Shown here in pieces: positions 17,745 to 30,532 of a DNA stretch of 32,000 nt. The position numbers and the translations under genes are program-made. Below the pieces are notes generated by a model that worked only from the letters and a program-made list of their open reading frames with translations, had not been told where the DNA came from and searched no databases. The first letter of the stretch is position 1. Each line of letters starts with the position of its first letter. Source of the DNA: Xanthomonas campestris pv. campestris str. ATCC 33913. Lineage in GTDB: Bacteria; Pseudomonadota; Gammaproteobacteria; Xanthomonadales; Xanthomonadaceae. Where the stretch lies: contig NC_003902.1 in assembly GCF_000007145.1 (NCBI RefSeq), positions 1,807,436 to 1,839,435 of the forward strand, written 5' to 3'.

Positions 17745-17975
17745 TGCATCAACGGTGCGATCAGGCTTGTCTGCTGACGCGTTGAACAGGCCAGGCGCAG
17801 GCGGACCTGTCTGATTCGCGGCCAAACCGGCGTGACGCTTGACCTTGCCGCGTTGCGTGCTGCATCGACGATGCGACCAAGCTTGTCTACTACGTGTTGA
17901 ACAGACCAGGCGCAGGCGCACCTTTCTGATTCGCGACCAAACCGGTGCGACGCCTGTGCTTGCCGCGTGGCGTGC
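17745..17975. repeat. tandem direct duplication, 116 bp + 115 bp
   Basis: Unit 1 is 17745-17860 and unit 2 is 17861-17975. My hand alignment gives roughly 16 substitutions and one 1-nt indel. A third partial unit starts at about 17976 (TGCGTTGCAGG). Confidence 0.85.
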
Positions 17976-18020
17976 TGCGTTGCAGGCTCGGCGTTCCTTG
18001 CAGGATTCGAGGCGCAATGC

Positions 18021-18975
18021 ATGCGGTCGCATCGATACGCTGTCTCCGGAACGCGGCCGCGCGGTGGTCGGCCATCGGCACGGCTTGGCCGTTCGGTACT
18101 CGATGCGCGCTCGCCGTTCTACCGCTTCGAAACGTTCGAGGTCGGTGACGGTCACGGCGGCCGCTGGCGCATGCGCATCGGCATTCCGCGGACCCGGCCG
18201 CCGCGGCGCGGATTCCCGGCGTTGTGGATGCTGGACGGTAACCGGGCGCTGGCGCAGTTCGATCACACATGGCTGCAGGGCCTGGCCGCTGCGCCGACAC
18301 CGTGGGTACTGGTGTTCGTTGGGCCCGACAACGACCTGCTGGTGGATCTGCCCAGGCGTGCGCATGACTACACGTTCCAGCCAGCGGACCATCCGTTCCT
18401 GGCCGCGCCCACGGCGCCACCCGGGCCGGTGGGCGGCGGCGCCGACGCGCTGCTGGAGGTGTTGGCAGGGCAGGCCATGCCCGCGCTGACGCGGCGTGTG
18501 CCGCTGGACCGTGAGCGGCAGGCACTCTGGGGGCATTCGTTGGCCGGGCTGTTCGTGCTGCACGCGCTCTACTCCGGGCGTCGGCCGTTCGCCGAATACG
18601 CGGCCGCGAGCCCGTCGCTGTGGTGGTCGCAGGGAGCGTTGCTGGGCGATCCGGAGCAACGTTTCAGCCGTGAGGGGGCCGGCGCGCGCCATGCGCCTGT
18701 GGCTGTTTCTCGGCGGTGCCGAACGGGCAGGGTACATCGATCCGCATGCCCGGCAGGATCCACACCGTGCCGCCTTGTTGGAGGCCATTGCCGGCGCGCC
18801 CGCAGATGCCGCCGCACGCCTGGCCGAGCGCCTGGCAACGGTGCCGCGGTTGGCGGTGCGCTACCAGGAATTTCCCGCATTGCAGCATGCGGCAGTGTTC
18901 CGCGCCGCACTGCGGGCCGCGCTGCAACAACTTGCGGGCCTGCCGGTGCGTGGCCGCCGGCCGCGCCGGTCCTGA
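18021..18975 (+). pseudogene. IroE / COG2819-like alpha/beta-hydrolase (esterase) interrupted by a +1 frameshift
   Basis: Frame A (ATG 18021) encodes FPALWMLDGNRAL and the nucleophile elbow LWGHSLAGLF, then turns into Arg/Pro/Gly junk after ...FSREGAGA (about 18686). Frame B (+1) continues with MRLWLFLGGAE...YQEFPALQHAAVF (catalytic-His region) to the stop at 18975. The span is 955 nt (3n+1). The shift lies in the run GGGGCCGGCGCGCGCC (18675-18690). A sequencing error cannot be excluded. Confidence 0.55.
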
Positions 18976-19153
18976 ACCGCGCCGGCCGCCATGGCCTGCG
19001 CGGCGGCCATGCCGGCCGTGCCTGCCCGGCTATACTCGCCATCAATCGTTCGCTTCGTGTACTGCCGCCGGCGCCTTGCCAGCCAGGGGCGAAGCCCTCG
19101 CAAACCCGTCCCGACGGCGCCTGTTGCGCCGTTGACCGAGATCTCTAGCGTCC

Positions 19154-22100
19154 ATGCGTCTTTCCACGATCAAGCTGTCCGGTTTCAAGTCGTTCGTCGA
19201 CCCGACCACGTTGCACCTGCCCACCAACATGACCGGCATCGTCGGCCCCAATGGCTGCGGCAAGTCCAACATCATCGATGCGGTGCGCTGGGTGATGGGC
19301 GAAAGCTCGGCCAGCCGTCTGCGCGGCGACTCGCTGACCGACGTGATCTTCTCCGGCTCCTCGGCGCGCAAGCCGGTGTCGCAGGCGACGGTGGAGCTGA
19401 TCTTCGATAACTCCGATCACACCATCTCCGGCGAGTTCGCCTCGTTCAACGAGATCTCGGTCAAGCGCCTGGTCAGCCGCGACGGCACCAGCGCCTATTA
19501 CCTCAACGGCACCAAGTGCCGGCGCCGCGACATCACCGACCTGTTCCTGGGCACTGGTCTGGGGCCACGCAGCTACTCGATCATCGAGCAGGGCATGATC
19601 AGCCAGATCATCGAGGCGCGCCCGGAAGATCTGCGCGTCTACTTGGAAGAAGCCGCCGGCATTTCCAAGTACAAGGAACGCCGCAAGGAAACCGAAACGC
19701 GCATCCGCCATACGCGCGAAAACCTCGATCGCCTGGGTGACCTGCGCGAGGAAATCACCAAGCAGCTGGCGCATCTGCAGCGCCAGGCGCGGCAGGCCGA
19801 GCAGTACCAGGCGTTACAGGAAGAACGCCGCATCAAGGATGCGGAGTGGAAGGCGCTGGAATACCGCGGCCTGGATGGCCGGCTGCAAGGCCTGCGTGAA
19901 AAGTTGAATCAGGAAGAAACCCGCCTGCAGCAGTTGATCGCCGAGCAGCGCGATGCCGAAGCGCGCATCGAAACCGGCCGTGTGCGCCGCGAAGAGGCCG
20001 CCGAAGCGGTGGCCAAGGCGCAGGCCGATGTCTACCAGGTCGGTGGCGCACTGGCGCGTATCGAGCAGCAGATCCAGCACCAGCGCGAACTCTCGCATCG
20101 CCTGCACAAGGCGCGCGACGAAGCGCAGAGCCAGCTGCAGGAGCTCACCCAGCACATCAGCGGCGACTCCGCCAAGCTGGCGGTGTTGCGCGAGGCGGTG
20201 GCCGATGCCGAACCGCAGCTGGAGCAATTGCGCGAAGATCACGAATTCCGCCAGGACGCACTGCGCGAGGCCGAAGCCCGCCTGGCCGACTGGCAGCAGC
20301 GCTGGGAAACCCATAACCGCGACACCGGCGAAGCCTCGCGCGCCGGCGAAGTGGAGCGCACCCGCGTCGATTATCTGGACCGGCAATCGCTGGAAGCCGA
20401 CCGTCGCCGCGAGGCGCTGGTCAACGAACGCGCCGGGCTGGATCTGGATGCGTTAGCCGAAGCGTTCGAACAGATCGAACTGCGGCATGAAACGCAAAAG
20501 GCCTCGCTGGACGGGCTGACCGAGCAGGTCGAAGCGCGCAAGCACGCGCTGGGTGGCTTGCAGGAACAGCAACGCGCCAGCCAGGGCGAACTGGCCGAAG
20601 TCCGCAAGCAGGCGCAGGCCGCACGCGGCCGGCTGTCGTCATTGGAAACGCTGCAGCAGGCAGCGCTGGGTCAGGAGCAGGGCGCCGCCGTGGCCTGGCT
20701 CAAGGCGCGCGGGCTGGATTCGGCCGTGCGTGTGGGCGAGCGCATCAGCGTGGAAAGCGGCTGGGAAAACGCGGTGGAAGGCGCGTTGGGCCAGCTGATC
20801 GAAGGCGTGCTGGTGGAGGCGCCGGAACAACTGGTCGACGCGCTGGGTGAGTTGGGCGACGGGCGCATCGCGCTGGTGTCGTCGGCTACCGACAACGTGC
20901 AGTTCGCGCCGACCTCGCTTGCCGCCAAGGTGCAGGGGCCGATTGCGATCCGCCGCTTGCTGGCGCGCCTGCATGCCGCCGAAGACCTGGATGCCGCGCG
21001 CAGCCTGCAGTGCAACCTGCCGGACGGCGATTCGGTGATCACCCGCAGCGGCGAGCGGCTGGGCGAGGGCTGGGTGCGCGTGTCGCGCTCCGGCGCGGCC
21101 AAGCAGGGCGCGTTGCTGCGCGAGCGCGAGATCCAGGAGCTGCGCTCGCAGATCGACACGCTGCAGGAGCGGGAGGGCGACCTGGAAGAACAACTGGCCA
21201 GCTTCCGCGAGCAACTGCTGGCCGCCGAACAACAGCGCGAAGACGCGCAGCGCCAGCTGTACATGGCGCACCGCAGCGTGTCCGAACTGGCCGGCCAGCT
21301 GCAGAGCCAGCAGGGCAAGGTGGACGCGGCACGTGGGCGCATCGAGCGGATCGAGGCCGAATTAGGGCAGTTGCTGGAAACCCTGGACACCAGCCGCGAG
21401 CAGGCCCGCGAAGCGCGCGCCAAACTCGAGGACGCGGTGGTGCGCATGGGCGACCTGCAAGGCACCCGCGAAGCGCTGGAAAGCGAACGCCGCCAGCTTA
21501 CCGATGCACGCGACCAGGCCCGCGATGCCGCGCGCGGCGTACGCGATGCGATGCACGCCTTGGCACTCACGCTGGAATCCCAGCGCACCCAGATCACCTC
21601 GCTGAGCCAGACCCTGGAGCGCATGGACAGCCAGCGTGGCCAGCTCGACACGCGCCTGGAAGATCTGGTGGCGCAGCTGAGCGAAGGCGATTCTCCGGTC
21701 GAAACGCTTGAACACGAACATCAGGCAGCCTTGAGCGAGCGCGTGCGCACCGAGCGCGTGCTCGGCGAGGCGCGCACCATGCTGGACAGCATCGACGGCG
21801 AACTGCGCAGCTTCGAACAGACCCGCCAGCAGCGCGACGAGCAGGCTCTGGCGCAGCGCGAGCGCATCTCCCAGCGCAAGCTCGACCAGCAGGCGCTGGT
21901 GCTCAACGCCGAACAACTGGCCGCCGCGGTGGTCAAGGCCGGCTTCGTGCTCGAAGACGTGGTCAATGGGTTGGAGGAGGCCGCCAACCCGGCCGAGTGG
22001 GACGCGGCGGTGGGGCAGATCGATGCCCGCATGCGCCGGCTGGAGCCGGTCAACCTGGCCGCGATCCAGGAATACGGCGAAGCCGCTCAGCGTTCCGAGT

Positions 22101-22657
22101 ATCTGGACGCGCAGAACGTGGACCTGACGACCGCACTGGAAACGCTCGAAGAAGCGATCCGCAAGATCGACCGCGAAACCCGTGGCCGCTTCAAGGACAC
22201 TTTCGACCGCGTCAACTCGGGTGTGCAGGCCTTGTATCCGCGCTTGTTCGGCGGTGGGCACGCGTATCTGGAGCTCACCGGCGAAGATCTGCTCGACACC
22301 GGCGTGACCATCATGGCGCGCCCGCCGGGCAAGCGCGTGTCGAGCATTTCGCTGCTGTCCGGTGGCGAAAAGGCGATGACCGCGGTGGCGCTGGTATTTG
22401 CGATCTTCCAGCTCAACCCGGCGCCGTTCTGCCTGCTCGATGAGGTGGACGCACCGCTGGACGAGGCCAACGTCGGCCGCCTGGCCAACATGGTCAAGGA
22501 GATGAGCGAGAAGGTGCAGTTCCTGTTCGTCAGCCACAACAAGGCGACCATGGAAGCAGCGCGTCAGCTCTCCGGCGTGACCATGCGCGAACCCGGCGTC
22601 AGTCGCCTGGTGAGCGTGGACCTGGAAGAGGCCGCACGTTTGGCGGGCGCGGCATGA
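19154..22657 (+). CDS. smc: chromosome segregation protein SMC
   Basis: 1167 aa. N-terminal Walker A (GPNGCGKSNIIDA), long heptad-rich coiled coils, a central hinge, and C-terminal signature LSGGEK plus Walker B (FCLLDEVDAPLD). Confidence 0.95.
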   Translation: MRLSTIKLSGFKSFVDPTTLHLPTNMTGIVGPNGCGKSNIIDAVRWVMGESSASRLRGDSLTDVIFSGSSARKPVSQATVELIFDNSDHTISGEFASFNEISVKRLVSRDGTSAYYLNGTKCRRRDITDLFLGTGLGPRSYSIIEQGMISQIIEARPEDLRVYLEEAAGISKYKERRKETETRIRHTRENLDRLGDLREEITKQLAHLQRQARQAEQYQALQEERRIKDAEWKALEYRGLDGRLQGLREKLNQEETRLQQLIAEQRDAEARIETGRVRREEAAEAVAKAQADVYQVGGALARIEQQIQHQRELSHRLHKARDEAQSQLQELTQHISGDSAKLAVLREAVADAEPQLEQLREDHEFRQDALREAEARLADWQQRWETHNRDTGEASRAGEVERTRVDYLDRQSLEADRRREALVNERAGLDLDALAEAFEQIELRHETQKASLDGLTEQVEARKHALGGLQEQQRASQGELAEVRKQAQAARGRLSSLETLQQAALGQEQGAAVAWLKARGLDSAVRVGERISVESGWENAVEGALGQLIEGVLVEAPEQLVDALGELGDGRIALVSSATDNVQFAPTSLAAKVQGPIAIRRLLARLHAAEDLDAARSLQCNLPDGDSVITRSGERLGEGWVRVSRSGAAKQGALLREREIQELRSQIDTLQEREGDLEEQLASFREQLLAAEQQREDAQRQLYMAHRSVSELAGQLQSQQGKVDAARGRIERIEAELGQLLETLDTSREQAREARAKLEDAVVRMGDLQGTREALESERRQLTDARDQARDAARGVRDAMHALALTLESQRTQITSLSQTLERMDSQRGQLDTRLEDLVAQLSEGDSPVETLEHEHQAALSERVRTERVLGEARTMLDSIDGELRSFEQTRQQRDEQALAQRERISQRKLDQQALVLNAEQLAAAVVKAGFVLEDVVNGLEEAANPAEWDAAVGQIDARMRRLEPVNLAAIQEYGEAAQRSEYLDAQNVDLTTALETLEEAIRKIDRETRGRFKDTFDRVNSGVQALYPRLFGGGHAYLELTGEDLLDTGVTIMARPPGKRVSSISLLSGGEKAMTAVALVFAIFQLNPAPFCLLDEVDAPLDEANVGRLANMVKEMSEKVQFLFVSHNKATMEAARQLSGVTMREPGVSRLVSVDLEEAARLAGAA

Positions 22658-22713
22658 CGTGCCATGCTTGCTGGAATGATTACACCTGTCACTCTTGCGC
22701 GGAGGCACGCTGA

Positions 22714-23448
22714 ATGTCCGACATGGCCATGATCCGGATCGGGATCCTGATCGCTGGACTGCTGCTGGTCGCGGCCATCTTCCTGTTTGGCCGCCCGAAA
22801 AAATCGCCGCAGGGGCGACGGGTGGACAAGGACGACACCCAGCCGCGCGAACGCCGTGAGCCGGTCATTTCCAGCGGTGTGGACGCGGACGGCATGCCCT
22901 TCGAGCGCAGCGACACCGGCGCCGAGCAGAGCGAACTGGAACTCGATGACCAGGACGGCGCTGGCGGCAACGATGTCGGCAAGCGTCCGAATCAGGATTT
23001 CGACAAGATCGTGTCGCTGTTCGTGGCGGCCAAGGCCGGCCAGGTGCTGCGTGGTGAAGACGTGGTGGTTGCCGCCGAAAAGACCGGCCTGGTGTTTGGC
23101 CACATGAATGTCTTTCACCGCTTGGTGGAAGGGCATCCCGAGCGCGGCCCGATCTTCAGCATGGCCAGCATTCTCAAGCCGGGCAGCTTCGACATGGCCA
23201 ACATCCGCGAGATGCAGACGCCGGCGATCGCCTTCTTCCTGACCTTGCCGGCACCGATGACCGCGCTCGATGCCTGGGAAAAGATGTTGCCCACCGTGCA
23301 ACGCATGGCCGAACTGCTCGACGGCGTGGTGCTGGACGACAGCCGCAACGCCTTGGGTCGCCAGCGCGTTGCGCATATCCGCGACGAACTGCGTGCTTAC
23401 GACCGCCAGCATCAGGCCCCGCCGCTGACCAAGTCGCCGCGCTGGTGA
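22714..23448 (+). CDS. zipA: cell division protein ZipA
   Basis: 244 aa. N-terminal TM anchor (IRIGILIAGLLLVAAIFLF), a charged/Pro-rich linker, and a C-terminal FtsZ-binding-type domain. The conserved smc-zipA-ligA neighbourhood is present. Confidence 0.85.
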   Translation: MSDMAMIRIGILIAGLLLVAAIFLFGRPKKSPQGRRVDKDDTQPRERREPVISSGVDADGMPFERSDTGAEQSELELDDQDGAGGNDVGKRPNQDFDKIVSLFVAAKAGQVLRGEDVVVAAEKTGLVFGHMNVFHRLVEGHPERGPIFSMASILKPGSFDMANIREMQTPAIAFFLTLPAPMTALDAWEKMLPTVQRMAELLDGVVLDDSRNALGRQRVAHIRDELRAYDRQHQAPPLTKSPRW

Positions 23449-23449
23449 T

Positions 23450-23606
23450 TCCCCTCTCCCGCAGGAGAGGGAATCAAAGCCCCTCTCCTGCGGGAGAGGG
23501 GTTGGGCTGAGGGTACGGGGCGAAGCCCTGGCGCGGCTGGGCGGCACGAGGCTTCGCTCGCACCCTCATCCGCCCCTGCGGGGCACCTTCTCCCGAGGGG
23601 AGAAGG
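23450..23606. repeat. composite multi-hairpin REP/MITE-like element, copy 2 (inverted relative to copy 1, with one extra module)
   Basis: Five modules in order. (1) TCCCCTCTCC-cgca-GGAGAGGGA. (2) CCCCTCTCC-tgcg-GGAGAGGGG. (3) A long hairpin GAGGGTACGGGGCGAAGCC...GGCTTCGCTCGCACCCTC. (4) GCCCC-tgc-GGGGC. (5) CCTTCTCCC-gag-GGGAGAAGG. It fills the gap between convergent zipA and the aminotransferase gene. Confidence 0.85.
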
Positions 23607-23629
23607 GATTGCCACTCAGTGCTTAGTGC

Positions 23630-24754
23630 TCAACGCTTCGCTTTAGCAAACGCCTCGCGGAAGCGCAGCATTTCTGCCTCGCTGCCCACGGTGACACGCA
23701 CCCGCTTGGGCCAGATCGGCCAGCTGCGGCCGACGATGACGCCCTGCTTCTGCATCGAGTCGGCGAACACCTTGCCGTCGCGCTTGACGTCGACCATGAA
23801 GCAATTGGCCTGCGATGGCAGGCAGGTGTAGCCCTTGGATTTCAGCCAGGCGATGGTGTCGTCGCGGACACGGGCGTTGTCGGCGCGGCGGCTGGGCACC
23901 AGCATCGGATCGCGCAGGCTGGCAATGCCCGCGGCCATCGCCGGGACGGGCAGCGGGTTGCCACCCAGGCTGGCCAGCTTGGTCAGCAGACCCGGGGGGG
24001 CGAGTGCGGCACCCAGCCGCATGCCGGCCATGCCGTAGAGCTTGGAAAACGTGCGCAACACGATCAGGTCCTGGCGCTGGCGCACCAGATCGGCCACCGA
24101 TGGCTCGGTGCTGTAGTGGATGTAGGCTTCGTCCACCACCAGCACGGCGCTGGCGGGTTTGTTGGCGAGCAGCCATTCGATCTCCGCGCGCGGGGTAATC
24201 GAGCCGGTCGGGTTGTTGGGGTTGCACAGATAGATCAGCCCGGCGCTCGGGTCGGCCTTGGCCATGGCCTTGACGTCATGCGCGCCGTCGGCACGCAGCG
24301 GCACTTTGCGGACCGGCACGCCTTGCGCGGCGGCCAGGTCGGCCAGTGCTTCGAAGGTCGGGTCGGCCATGACCAAGCCGGCGCGCGGTGACGTGAACAA
24401 GGTGCCGGCGCGGTTGAGCGGGTCGCTGGAGCCGGGAAAGAACGCAAGGTGGTCGTGCGGCAGCTGCAGTTCGCCGGCCATCAGGTTGCGCAGGTCCTGT
24501 TCCATTTCGAACAGATAGCGGCCCGAGCGCGCCAGCGAGCGGCTTGCCGCATCCAGTGCAGCCGGCGACAGCCCGGTGGGATGCTCGTTGAAGTTGAGGT
24601 ACACCGTGCCGGCCGCAAGCGCCACGCTCGGCGCTGCAGGTGCGGCAGCGCGCTTGCGGGCCGCCTCTGCCGCAGGCGTCAGCCCCAGGGCGGACACCGC
24701 CAGGCCGGACGTGGCAAGGCTGAGGAAGGAACGGCGCGAGACGGGCAACGACAC
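23630..24754 (-). CDS. class I/II (HisC-family) PLP aminotransferase with a twin-arginine signal peptide
   Basis: The track ORF 23630-24892 was trimmed to GTG 24754, which has GGAG 6 nt upstream. The N-terminus reads (M)SLPVSRRSFLSLATSGLAVSALGLTPAAEA-A, i.e. a Tat motif SRRxFL, a hydrophobic region and an AxA site. The body has NPNNPTG and TFSKLYGMAGMRLG (PLP lysine) of histidinol-phosphate-aminotransferase-like enzymes. Confidence 0.8.
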   Translation of the reverse strand: MSLPVSRRSFLSLATSGLAVSALGLTPAAEAARKRAAAPAAPSVALAAGTVYLNFNEHPTGLSPAALDAASRSLARSGRYLFEMEQDLRNLMAGELQLPHDHLAFFPGSSDPLNRAGTLFTSPRAGLVMADPTFEALADLAAAQGVPVRKVPLRADGAHDVKAMAKADPSAGLIYLCNPNNPTGSITPRAEIEWLLANKPASAVLVVDEAYIHYSTEPSVADLVRQRQDLIVLRTFSKLYGMAGMRLGAALAPPGLLTKLASLGGNPLPVPAMAAGIASLRDPMLVPSRRADNARVRDDTIAWLKSKGYTCLPSQANCFMVDVKRDGKVFADSMQKQGVIVGRSWPIWPKRVRVTVGSEAEMLRFREAFAKAKR

Positions 24755-24796
24755 GGGGAGCTCCGGAGGGGTTGGGCGAAGAGGGCGCAACGCTAG

Positions 24797-28413
<3,617 letters not shown>

Positions 28414-28524
28414 GCCGCCACCGCACTGTCATCGGCGTCGTATTGCTTTCTTCACATCGATGGTGCTCTCATCGTCACGTCCACGGGGGCGCGGCGTTGA
28501 TCGTTTCGGGTGAGGATTTTCAGC

Positions 28525-29211
28525 ATGAAGTGGCTGATCGGCTTATGCGGTTTGTGGGGCTTGCCGCTGCTGATGCTGGCCGATGTGCAGGCGGCGGAGC
28601 GTGGCTCCGGCGTGGTGCGTTGCGAATCCAAGGACATGGCGCGCGTGCATTGCGACATGGACACCGAACACGGCGTGCAACTGGTGCGCCAACTGTCCGA
28701 GACCAGCTGCATTCGCGGCAGCGAGTGGGATATCGAACGCGATGGCGTGTGGGTGGAGCAGGGCTGTCGTGCGGAATTCGCCTCGGCCCGCGTGCTGACC
28801 GCCCCGCAGATGCGCCGTGTGGTGCGCTGTGATTCCAATGGCAGCAAGGTGGCGTGCCCGGTGATCCTGCGCGGCGCGCCGGTGCGCCTGTTGCGCCAAC
28901 GCTCGGTGTGGCCGTGCAAGGAAGGCCGCAGCTGGGGCACCCGCCGCAATGAAATCTGGGTCTCGCGTGGGTGCGATGGCGAATTCGAAGTGGGCGCCGA
29001 GGATGGCTCCGGCTTCGTCGACATGCCGCGCACGCTTACCTGTGAATCCAAGAGCCGCTCGCGCCGCATGTGCGGGGTGTCGGTGGAGCGCAGCGTGCGC
29101 CTGCGCAAGCAGATATCCGGCTCGCCGTGCGTGGAAGGGCAGACCTGGGGCTGGAGCCGCGATGGCGTGTGGGTCAACGACGGCTGCCGGGCCGAGTTCA
29201 TCGTCGACTGA
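28525..29211 (+). CDS. secreted DUF3011 protein with three internal Cys-rich repeats
   Basis: ATG 28525 ([25 protein letters not shown] signal peptide), with GAGGA upstream. Three units of about 55 aa, each with 4 Cys and ending in W(V)xxGC(R/D)(A/G)EF. Confidence 0.8.
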   Translation: MKWLIGLCGLWGLPLLMLADVQAAERGSGVVRCESKDMARVHCDMDTEHGVQLVRQLSETSCIRGSEWDIERDGVWVEQGCRAEFASARVLTAPQMRRVVRCDSNGSKVACPVILRGAPVRLLRQRSVWPCKEGRSWGTRRNEIWVSRGCDGEFEVGAEDGSGFVDMPRTLTCESKSRSRRMCGVSVERSVRLRKQISGSPCVEGQTWGWSRDGVWVNDGCRAEFIVD

Positions 29212-29258
29212 CGGGCCCGTCCACTGACTGCCCGGCGCACGCGCCTTACAATGGCGGC

Positions 29259-30323
29259 ATGAACGACAGCGCCCATATCGATTACGCCCGCTACGACCAC
29301 ATCCGTCCGCTGCTGTGGACCGGTGATGCCCTGGAATTGCTCGACCAGCGCAAGCTGCCCTTCGTGGTGGAGCACGTGCGTTGCGACAGCAGCGATGCGG
29401 TGGCCGAGGCCATCCATTCGCTGGCCGTGCGCGGCGCGCCTGCGATCGGCATTGCGGCCGGCTGGGGCGTGGTGCTGGCAGCGCGCGAGATCGCCGCCGA
29501 CAGCGGCAGCGAGGCATTGCAGAAGCTGGAACCGGCGCTGTTGCGGCTCAATGCCGCGCGCCCGACCGCGGTCAACCTGGCCTGGGCGCTGATGCGCATG
29601 CGGCGCGTGCTCGCCGCCGCAGGGCCGGACTGGCGCGATGTGCTGGCCCGTGAGGCGCAGGCCATCGCCGACGAGGACCTGGCCGCCAACCGCCATATGG
29701 GCGCGCTCGGCGCCGGCCTGATCGCTCCTGGCAGCGGTGTGCTGACCCACTGCAACACCGGCTCGCTGGCCACCGCCGGCTTCGGCACCGCGCTGGGCGT
29801 GATCCGTGCCGGCATGGCGCAGCAGCGCATCAGCAAGGTCTTTGCCGGCGAGACCCGGCCCTGGCTGCAGGGCGCGCGCCTGACGGTGTGGGAGCTGCAG
29901 CAGGATGGCATCGATGCCACCCTGATCGCCGATTCGGCCGCCTCGCACTTGATGAAATCGGGCCTGGTGCAGTGGGTGATCGTCGGCGCCGACCGCATCT
30001 GCGCCAATGGCGACACCGCCAACAAGATCGGCAGCTACCAGCTGGCGATCGCCGCCCGCCACCACGGCGTCAAGTTCATGGTGGTGGCGCCGTCGTCCAC
30101 GGTGGACATGGCCACCGCCGATGGCGACCAGATCGAGATCGAACAGCGCGATCCGGGCGAATTGTTCGGCGTGGGCGGCGTGCGCACCGTGGCCGACGGC
30201 ATCCATGCCTGGAATCCGGTGTTCGATGTCACCCCGGGCCATCTGATCGATGCCATCGTCACCGAACGTGGCGTCATCGCGCAGCCGGACCTGGCGCGCA
30301 TGCAGGCCGCCTTCGGCAACTGA
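29259..30323 (+). CDS. mtnA: S-methyl-5-thioribose-1-phosphate isomerase
   Basis: The track ORF was trimmed to ATG 29259 (MNDSAHIDY...LLDQRKLPF). Carries [34 protein letters not shown] and NP.FDVTP blocks of the eIF-2B/MtnA family. Confidence 0.9.
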   Translation: MNDSAHIDYARYDHIRPLLWTGDALELLDQRKLPFVVEHVRCDSSDAVAEAIHSLAVRGAPAIGIAAGWGVVLAAREIAADSGSEALQKLEPALLRLNAARPTAVNLAWALMRMRRVLAAAGPDWRDVLAREAQAIADEDLAANRHMGALGAGLIAPGSGVLTHCNTGSLATAGFGTALGVIRAGMAQQRISKVFAGETRPWLQGARLTVWELQQDGIDATLIADSAASHLMKSGLVQWVIVGADRICANGDTANKIGSYQLAIAARHHGVKFMVVAPSSTVDMATADGDQIEIEQRDPGELFGVGGVRTVADGIHAWNPVFDVTPGHLIDAIVTERGVIAQPDLARMQAAFGN

Positions 30324-30337
30324 GCCAGCACACGGGC

Positions 30338-30359
30338 GCGGGGCCGGCAAGTGCCCCGC
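30338..30359 (+). terminator. GC hairpin after mtnA (weak terminator candidate)
   Basis: GCGGGGC-cggcaagt-GCCCCGC, 15 nt after the mtnA stop. No U-tract. Confidence 0.25.
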
Positions 30360-30418
30360 AAAGTCCTGCAAGTGCTTGTTTCTGGCTGGTAAACCGGCGG
30401 CATTGGGTTGCCCCTTCA

Positions 30419-30427
30419 TGCTACAAT
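30419..30427 (+). promoter_or_regulatory. candidate extended -10 promoter element upstream of gyrA
   Basis: TGcTACAAT (TGn + TACAAT) about 105 nt upstream of the gyrA ATG. No convincing -35. Sequence match only. Confidence 0.3.
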
Positions 30428-30532
30428 CCGGCGCTTGAATCGATCGGCGGGAGCGTGGGGTCGGCAGCCTGTCTCTGAGGCGCCCCCGACGCGGCTTTCC
30501 GGCTCGCCCGCCACCTCACTTACGGAACCCGA

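Noticed and set aside
17745-17975. The 116-bp tandem duplication considered as TALE-type coding repeats, a CRISPR array or a retron msr/msd.
   Set aside because: The unit length is not 102 bp and no ORF is conserved across units. There are no spacers. There is no reverse transcriptase or cas gene nearby. It is kept only as an unexplained repeat.
17967-19148. 393-aa ORF taken at face value as one intact gene.
   Set aside because: After about residue 240 the translation is Arg/Pro/Gly/Ala-rich nonsense, while the +1 frame carries the expected esterase C-terminus ending at 18975. I interpret this as a frameshifted gene.
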